Assembly: GCA_013378385.1 (NCBI GenBank)
Contig: JACAFS010000002.1
Span: 1 to 32,000, forward strand
From: Nitrososphaerota archaeon
GTDB lineage: Archaea; Thermoproteota; Nitrososphaeria; Nitrososphaerales; UBA57
Length of the DNA stretch: 32,000 nucleotides
Reading direction: 5' to 3'
The notes below the pieces were generated by a model. That model was not told the origin of the DNA. It saw only the letters and a program-made list of their open reading frames with translations, and did not search any database. Of the stretch, positions 26,407 through 32,000 are shown piece by piece. Numbering within the stretch: position 1 is the stretch's first letter; the number at the start of each line of letters is the position of its first letter. The translations under genes were made by a program, and so were the position numbers.

Positions 26407-27693
26407 TTAGTTTTTAGAGTAAATCATAATGTATTCGTGTGAATAGGATTTATTATGATTAGTATCAGACGATACAAATCGGCCAGTCTTAGGATCTCTA
26501 GTTGTAGGAAGACATTTGAATGGAATTTTTCGTTTTATAATTTTGTGTTCAGTAAATCCAACAGTAGCTAATATTTCATCAAAAACTTGCGTATTTGATA
26601 TATCAACTCCTCGAAGAGCAGTGTTGCCTATAACTACGGCCATTTTACCATTAGTTTTTAATAAATCGTATGATTTATGGAAGAAATTCTGCATGTCGAT
26701 AAAATAGGAATAGACAGTCTTCGATAATGCTTTACTATGATCGTGTAATGAATCTGCAATCATGCCACCAGTATAACTATAGAGGTTATTGTCATCAGTC
26801 TTACGATGGGAAGAGCCAATAAAATTCTGTTTTGATGGAATATCTTTGAAGAAATCTTGGAGAAATGATAAACTAAGTGAATGAATGTCTCGATATTCAT
26901 AACTAATTACATAGGGTGGAGAAGTAACTATCAAAGAACATTCTTCGTCTTTTGGTAAATCTTGCAAATCACCCACATATACACGCCTATAATAATCAAG
27001 ATTGTTAAGAATTTTTGGAGAAAGAGTATTTATCAATTGTTCATTACGAATTTCCATTTTTTTTAATTGATTAAAATAACGAGTTATCGGATCGTTTACT
27101 CGATTAAGAAATTTTGTTTTATCTTTATGAGGTTTAACGGATCCATTATTCCAATAACTGGAAGTTTTCAGGATATGAGAAAATGCGCATAAAAAGAATA
27201 GCTGAAGTTTTCTCGGTTTAATTAATTTAATCTGTAATAAAAGATGATTAAGAACGTCATATGTTTCTTGATCAAACCATTTTGATAGTTCTTTCGGAAT
27301 ATCATATTCGGATTTAGCAGGTAAATTCTTTAATTGACTGTGTAAAAAGAGTTTAGTTTTAGAAACTTTAGAAGGATCAAGTGGAGTGGTTTTTGCCATT
27401 GTAATCATATGTGCAACAGGATTAATGTCAGTGCCTAAAGCGATTCTATTCTGAAGAATAGATTCAAGAATAGTTGAACCTGAACCATAAAAAGGATCAC
27501 AAATTATATCGCCATCAAGAGAATTCTCAAGTATCAAACGACGTGCTAATTGAGGTATGAATTTTGCAGGGTAGCGATGATAGCAATGTGTGAGATAATT
27601 TGTATCTTTTTGCGTAAGATTGTCAAAAGACCATGAATTTTCAGTATTAACCTTAGTAACAGGTTCAGCAAGACGTGGACGGATAATTGACAT
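26407..27693 (-). CDS. SPPY-type amino-methyltransferase (N4-C/N6-A DNA methylase-like), long form with a ~185-aa insert between motif I and motif IV
   Basis: HRYPAKFIPQLARRLI + ICDPFYGSGSTILES + ALGTDINP (aa ~39-91), then SLIVTSPPYV (aa ~253-262), NGKMAVVIGN, and C-terminal HEYIMIYSK. Same motif order as the 7513..8415 gene. Confidence 0.8.
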   Translation of the reverse strand: MSIIRPRLAEPVTKVNTENSWSFDNLTQKDTNYLTHCYHRYPAKFIPQLARRLILENSLDGDIICDPFYGSGSTILESILQNRIALGTDINPVAHMITMAKTTPLDPSKVSKTKLFLHSQLKNLPAKSEYDIPKELSKWFDQETYDVLNHLLLQIKLIKPRKLQLFFLCAFSHILKTSSYWNNGSVKPHKDKTKFLNRVNDPITRYFNQLKKMEIRNEQLINTLSPKILNNLDYYRRVYVGDLQDLPKDEECSLIVTSPPYVISYEYRDIHSLSLSFLQDFFKDIPSKQNFIGSSHRKTDDNNLYSYTGGMIADSLHDHSKALSKTVYSYFIDMQNFFHKSYDLLKTNGKMAVVIGNTALRGVDISNTQVFDEILATVGFTEHKIIKRKIPFKCLPTTRDPKTGRFVSSDTNHNKSYSHEYIMIYSKN

Positions 27694-27789
27694 ACAATTA
27701 TCTCGACTAAGTTGTTTTATTCATGCAAAGTCAAAATATTTTTCCATTAAAGTAAGTTTCAATTGAGTTTAATTCAGCTAACCTGAAAT

Positions 27790-28560
27790 ATGTTAAAAAC
27801 AATCAAATTTTACTTGAATAGAGAAAAAATTTCAAAAGTATTAAAAAATTCTTTTAAATTAAGTTTGTATGAAGCAAAAACATACCTTAGTCTTTTAGAA
27901 GGAAATGATAATGTTAAAACAATTTCAAGAGATTCAGGAGTTCCATTACCAAGAATTTATGATACGTTAAGAAGCTTGGAAGATAAAGGATTTGTAAAGA
28001 AAAAAAATAAGAAATACACTCCTGTTGAGCCTGAAATTGCTTTAGAAGGTCGTATTATCAATACAAGCTATGAATTTCAGAATATTGTGAAAACACAAAA
28101 GGATTCCAAGAAAGATATTCTATCAGTGTTAAAAAAGAAACCAGCATCGGAAAATGCTGATGTCGAATTTGAGACGTTAATTGGTGTAAACAATATTGGA
28201 AACAAATTCTTAGAGATCATGAAGGATTCAAAGAGGATAACAATCAGTGTGAAAAAAGCATTCGAAGTAAAAGAATTATTTTTAAGTTTCTTAGTAAATT
28301 CGAAAGGAAGAAATAAACAAATCACGATTTTGACTCCAAATTCGTATAAGATATCAAAATTCGATGAAGAAATATTAAAAAAATCAAATGTAGAATTAAA
28401 GAGACGATCTTATATTTTATTGGATTTGATGGCAACAGATCAGGGAGATGTTATAATTGGCGTACCTGATGCGTCGGGAACTCCAGAGGGTACGATTGCA
28501 ATTTGGATTAAGAATAAAGAATTTGCAAAATCGTTAATGACGTCTTTAATGGAAGAATAA
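27790..28560 (+). CDS. TrmB-family transcriptional regulator
   Basis: N-terminal winged helix LYEAKTYLSLLEGNDNVKTISRDSGVPLPRIYDTLRSLEDKGFVKK, followed by a ~170-aa C-terminal domain. Confidence 0.75.
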   Translation: MLKTIKFYLNREKISKVLKNSFKLSLYEAKTYLSLLEGNDNVKTISRDSGVPLPRIYDTLRSLEDKGFVKKKNKKYTPVEPEIALEGRIINTSYEFQNIVKTQKDSKKDILSVLKKKPASENADVEFETLIGVNNIGNKFLEIMKDSKRITISVKKAFEVKELFLSFLVNSKGRNKQITILTPNSYKISKFDEEILKKSNVELKRRSYILLDLMATDQGDVIIGVPDASGTPEGTIAIWIKNKEFAKSLMTSLMEE

Positions 28561-28562
28561 TA

Positions 28563-29870
28563 CTAAGAACTTGAAGTAGTTTCTTTGACTTCTGGTTCTT
28601 CAGAACGACCATACACAAAACTACCTATAGCGGCAGCTACGACTGAGAATATTATAACAGAAATAACCAATTGTTGCATATATGGCCAATCATATCCAAG
28701 AGTTGAAGGGAGTTGAGATACTGCTGCGGCAGCTAGACCACGAGGCAGCAGCGATGACAATAAAGGCAAATCCTTCATCATAGATTTATCTTTTTTGAGT
28801 GTAATACGAAATGATAGATTACGAGCTACAACTAATAGTCCAGTAATAAAAACTCCTAACAATATGATTTTTGTAACTGGTTCAAAGATCATACCCAAAT
28901 ACACGAAAAAGAATGTTGTTAAAAGAAAAGAAATCTGTCCTTGGAATTTCCTCATAAGAGAGCCAGCGTCAACAGGATTATCTCGGAATGATGGAATGAA
29001 ACCAAATTCTTTACCATTTCCAAGAACTAAACCGAAACATAATGCTGCAAGTGCTCCATTACCTCCGCTCATTTCAGAGAATCCATAGAGCATCAAACAG
29101 GTTGTTAAAGTAAGAATATCATCATGTACTACATCTTGTTGAGATGAAATTCTTCCTACTCTTGTAGGAAAGCTTTGTAGAATTTTTAGCCAAATAAGAC
29201 CTCCAAGCATACCAAAAACAATTCCGATTGAGAATTTACCTGCTATTCCTTGAAGAAGAATAGAAGAGGCACCACCAGAGGTTTCAGGGTTAGAAATTCC
29301 AGATAAAATACTTAGAATTGTAACGCTGAGTACTACAACAAATACATCAGTAAACGCAGATTCAATTGTAAGAAATGTTTCTGCTTTTTTATTTAGATTT
29401 AATTTATTAACCAATGGAATAATTACTGCAGAACTAGTTCCGCATAGTGCAGCACCAAAGAATAATGAAGCAAGTAAAGCTTCTTGCCCAAACCACTCTC
29501 CAGCCGGGATAGTTCCCCAAGATTGGTCAAATACGAAGAAGTTAATTAGATATCCGATAACAGTGAGAACAAATATTGTAATTATTACACTTGTAGATGT
29601 AACAAAAAATCCACGTGGAGTTTCTTCAATAACTTGTCGAATTTTTAGGTACATACCGCCATTGAAGAGAATTACAGCAATAGCTAATGCAGAAAGATAT
29701 GGTGCAATAAAATCTAAACCTGCGGTACTAGCAGTGAAGAATGCCGCAATAGAACCCAAAATAATTAAAAACGGTGTATCTGGAATACCGGTTCTATCAA
29801 AGATATTAGATGCAATATAACCAATTATTGTAATTATTCCTATTGAAAAGAAAACTACTTCAGTTTCCAT
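28563..29870 (-). CDS. Cation:proton antiporter (CPA1, NhaP-type Na+/H+ exchanger)
   Basis: About 12-13 hydrophobic helices. N-terminus FFSIGIITIIGYIASNIFDRTGIPDTPFLIILG. IESAFTDVFVVV (TD ion-binding motif as in NhaP). Confidence 0.8.
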   Translation of the reverse strand: METEVVFFSIGIITIIGYIASNIFDRTGIPDTPFLIILGSIAAFFTASTAGLDFIAPYLSALAIAVILFNGGMYLKIRQVIEETPRGFFVTSTSVIITIFVLTVIGYLINFFVFDQSWGTIPAGEWFGQEALLASLFFGAALCGTSSAVIIPLVNKLNLNKKAETFLTIESAFTDVFVVVLSVTILSILSGISNPETSGGASSILLQGIAGKFSIGIVFGMLGGLIWLKILQSFPTRVGRISSQQDVVHDDILTLTTCLMLYGFSEMSGGNGALAALCFGLVLGNGKEFGFIPSFRDNPVDAGSLMRKFQGQISFLLTTFFFVYLGMIFEPVTKIILLGVFITGLLVVARNLSFRITLKKDKSMMKDLPLLSSLLPRGLAAAAVSQLPSTLGYDWPYMQQLVISVIIFSVVAAAIGSFVYGRSEEPEVKETTSSS

Positions 29871-29912
29871 GAAATATTATTCCCCAACTATGATGAAACC
29901 AGCATTCATCAT

Positions 29913-30455
29913 TTGTTGATGAATTGCATTACATTTAAACTCTTGAAAGCATTACAGTGTATATTGAAAATTTTCTTATTGTTACTTTTGTTATTAATCA
30001 TTCCACATAGTGATGCACACATATTAGGGGGTTCACAAATAGAAGTAAATCAAGTAATTTTTCAGTTTCTAACGGACCCTGCTTTTGTTGTAGAAGATGA
30101 AGATTTCTATCTAAGTTTCAGTGTACAAGATGCAGCTACTGAAAAGGGATTAGAAAATATACAAGTAACAATTATTTTCTATGATAATAATGGAAGAATA
30201 TTAGATACAATCGATGTAAAAGGAAATGAGATTATAAAAGGAGATTTTGCAATTAAATATAATTTTGAGAATGATGGCGTATATGATGTAAAGATATCGA
30301 TATTAAAGGAATCAGATGCAGCAACAATCGATACACAATTCAGAATATTGGTAGCAAACAAATCGATATTAGAAGATTCCTCATTCATAATAGGAATAGT
30401 AATTACTTCAATCGTCATAGGATTGATAATAAAAAATCGAGTAATAGATAGATAA
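29913..30455 (+). CDS. Secreted, C-terminally membrane-anchored protein of unknown function
   Basis: Signal-like N-terminus ...LLLLLLLLIIPHSDA|HILGG, a beta-rich-looking middle region, and a C-terminal TM FIIGIVITSIVIGLII followed by KNR. Start is TTG 29913 or ATG 29919. Confidence 0.5.
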   Translation: MLMNCITFKLLKALQCILKIFLLLLLLLIIPHSDAHILGGSQIEVNQVIFQFLTDPAFVVEDEDFYLSFSVQDAATEKGLENIQVTIIFYDNNGRILDTIDVKGNEIIKGDFAIKYNFENDGVYDVKISILKESDAATIDTQFRILVANKSILEDSSFIIGIVITSIVIGLIIKNRVIDR

Positions 30456-30456
30456 T

Positions 30457-31527
30457 CTAAAGTTTAGAATCTTTAAAAGCTTGAAAATCAGATTTTAGAG
30501 AATCGGGAATTTCTGAATAGACATCGGTAACCAAAGTGTCCAAACTAGGCATAGGAGAAGATTCTGCCTGGGTAATTGCTTCAGTAATTTGTCTTTCGGT
30601 TTTTTGTTGGATTTCTTGTTCAAGATCACGATTCCAGATGCCAGAATTTTCAAGATATTTACGGAATCTTGCAATTGGGTCTTGGGATAACCAATTTTTG
30701 TATTCGACTTGATCTTGATACCGCGCTCCGTCGTCTGAAGTAGAATGTGAGGAAAGTCTATATGTTTTAGCTTCAATTAGTGTAGGACCTTTTCCTTCAC
30801 GGGCTTTTTCCATAGCAGACTTAGTAGCCATATAAACGGCCAATATATCATTACCGTCAACAACAACACCGTCAAATCCATATGCTTTAGCTTTAATTGC
30901 AATTCCATCAGAAGCAGTTTGATGAGAAATATTGGTAGAAATAGCCCATTGATTATTTTTACAGAAGAAAACTGTAGGAGTTTTGTAAACACCTGCAAAA
31001 TTAAGTCCAGCATGAAAATCATTAGATGAAGTTGCGCCGTCACCAAAATAAACAATAGTACCAACTTTATCGTCAAGAAGTTTTGAAGCAAAGGCAGTAC
31101 CGACAGCGTGAGAGATTTGCGTACCTACAGGAGCAGACGGTGGAACGAATCTTTTAGAACTGCAACCGAATAAACCTGGAAGAGATCTTCCTTTATGTTC
31201 GTCTTCAGCGCTTCCGCGCAAATGTGAAATAATAAAATTCAAGGTAACGCCTTTTAGAAGCATTGCGCCTTGTTCTCGATATGCAGGAAAGAACCAATCG
31301 TTATTTGAAACACCAAGTGCACTACCAACGGAACAAGCTTCTTCGCCATAAGATGGTAAATAAAAACCAATACGTCCTTGTCGTTGTAAAGCAACCATTT
31401 TTGTATCAAGGGTACGTGTAAGGACCATAGTTTGATATGCTTTGATTAATTCCGCTTCAGATAGATCGATACTTACATCTTTGAGTATTTCTCCTTCTGT
31501 CGTAATACATTGTAACATGTGAGTCAT
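30457..31527 (-). CDS. Thiamine-diphosphate-dependent 2-oxoacid dehydrogenase E1 component, alpha subunit
   Basis: YRTMVLTRTLD-like N-terminus, FPAYREQG, and the ThDP motif YFGDGATSSNDFHAGLNFAGVYKTPTVFFCKNNQWAIS. The phospho-loop-like YRLSSHSTSDD is also present. Confidence 0.85.
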   Translation of the reverse strand: MTHMLQCITTEGEILKDVSIDLSEAELIKAYQTMVLTRTLDTKMVALQRQGRIGFYLPSYGEEACSVGSALGVSNNDWFFPAYREQGAMLLKGVTLNFIISHLRGSAEDEHKGRSLPGLFGCSSKRFVPPSAPVGTQISHAVGTAFASKLLDDKVGTIVYFGDGATSSNDFHAGLNFAGVYKTPTVFFCKNNQWAISTNISHQTASDGIAIKAKAYGFDGVVVDGNDILAVYMATKSAMEKAREGKGPTLIEAKTYRLSSHSTSDDGARYQDQVEYKNWLSQDPIARFRKYLENSGIWNRDLEQEIQQKTERQITEAITQAESSPMPSLDTLVTDVYSEIPDSLKSDFQAFKDSKL

Positions 31528-31672
31528 CTTTGCTAATCAGTGAAACCGGTTTTTACAAGAATGCTTTTTAACGTTTATGATTTTTTCGACAATAGACGAA
31601 GATATAATCAAAATGGCAAGGTAGTAATTAAGATAATAACTACAAATAACAGAGACAATTAGAATAAGATAA

Positions 31673-31957
31673 ATGTATGAGGGAAAATTAGTCAATCTTT
31701 TGGAGGCATCGCTGATAGGATATGAATTGATTTATGTAGATAAGAAAAAGAAACTTACAAAAATTTATACAGATGAAGAATCTACGTCGTATAATGTATC
31801 TATAGCATTAGATTCAGCAAATAGAATAATAGAATTACAGATATTGCAGATAATTTGGGGAAAAGATAATGAAGCAGAAATGACAGAATTAGATAAATTT
31901 TCAGATAAAGTAAACAAATATCTTGATTTGGATATGAAGAAGATCACAGAAATGTAA
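31673..31957 (+). CDS. Hypothetical protein (94 aa)
   Basis: Intact ORF with an ATG start in an otherwise non-coding gap. No motifs recognised. Confidence 0.35.
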   Translation: MYEGKLVNLLEASLIGYELIYVDKKKKLTKIYTDEESTSYNVSIALDSANRIIELQILQIIWGKDNEAEMTELDKFSDKVNKYLDLDMKKITEM

Positions 31958-31958
31958 A

Positions 31959-32000
31959 CGCCGGGAGTGGGATTTGAACCCACGAGACCCTTGCGAGTCA
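31959..32000 (-). tRNA. Class II tRNA 3' part, probably tRNA-Ser, truncated by the right window edge
   Basis: Reverse complement reads ..GACTC-GCAA-GGGTC (5-bp long variable arm), TC, GTGGG-TTCAAAT-CCCAC (T arm), TCCCGGC (acceptor 3' strand), G (discriminator). The long variable arm plus G73 favours Ser over Leu. The anticodon lies outside the window. Confidence 0.7.

Noticed and set aside
25846-27693. Reading the HEAT-repeat gene downstream of the 428-aa methylase as its restriction endonuclease, which would make a Type II R-M pair
   Set aside because: The 166-aa protein consists of canonical PBS-lyase/HEAT repeats. It has no PD-(D/E)XK, HNH, GIY-YIG or PLD-like catalytic motif.
31543-31552. 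Perfect 10-bp palindrome AAACCGGTTT just upstream of the E1-alpha start codon, considered as an operator
   Set aside because: Roughly tens of 10-bp perfect palindromes are expected by chance in 32 kb. There is no second copy or flanking half-site in the window, so the support is insufficient.
402-31983. Remaining short ORF-track entries nested antisense or out of frame inside longer genes: 402..617, 2575..2796, 2980..3183, 6214..6447, 6538..6744, 6988..7412, 7779..8039, 10880..12265 set, 13352..13534, 15020..15292, 15693..16208, 16304..16588, 17156..17669 set, 20831..21226, 21512..21721, 21885..22112, 23847..24284 set, 24882..25115, 25635..25844, 26516..26707, 28077..28325, 28795..29088, 29563..29820, 30179..30418, 30495..31091 set, 31765..31983
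   Set aside because: Each overlaps a longer ORF with clear family motifs. Their translations are low-complexity or Leu/Ile/Ser/Phe-rich, as expected from antisense reading of AT-rich coding DNA.

Overview
This is a strongly AT-rich, very gene-dense archaeal chromosomal segment. The archaeal assignment rests on archaeal-type AlaRS and LeuRS, a SecE-Spt5-L11-L1-P0 cluster with the P1 stalk gene, DTD2-type D-aminoacyl-tRNA deacylase, a DUF106/YidC-like insertase, and an intron-containing tRNA. The composition and a membrane-anchored amicyanin-like cupredoxin suggest an ammonia-oxidising Nitrososphaerota (Thaumarchaeota, Nitrosopumilus-like) genome; that placement is inference, not proof. Most content is housekeeping: purB, an AspA-like lyase, tsaC, ilvC, hisC, tatA/tatC, a Nudix hydrolase, an SDR, an NhaP-type antiporter and a NicO-type Ni/Co transporter. 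First genes of transcription units tend to have a TATA-like box about 27 nt upstream of the start codon, which implies leaderless mRNAs. Internal operon genes carry GGAGG/AGGTG Shine-Dalgarno-like sites or overlapping stop/start codons. I found no integrase, transposase, CRISPR array, toxin-antitoxin pair or recognisable defence operon, and I could not identify a convincing novel multi-gene system. The observations most worth follow-up are: (1) two paralogous, motif-permuted SPPY methyltransferases with no cognate nuclease, one beside a tRNA and an unknown membrane protein, the other divergent from a TrmB-like regulator; (2) a tRNA-Thr with a 12-nt non-canonical intron; (3) an inverted P1 stalk gene separated by a 26-bp tandem repeat from a P0 gene that lacks the usual C-terminal tail; (4) a relatively GC-rich 67-nt structured element with C/D-box-like motifs in one of the only two sizeable convergent spacers; (5) an orphan 2-oxoacid dehydrogenase E1-alpha gene; (6) a SecE gene missed by the ORF track. 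All functional calls come from motif recognition by eye, and no database search was run.
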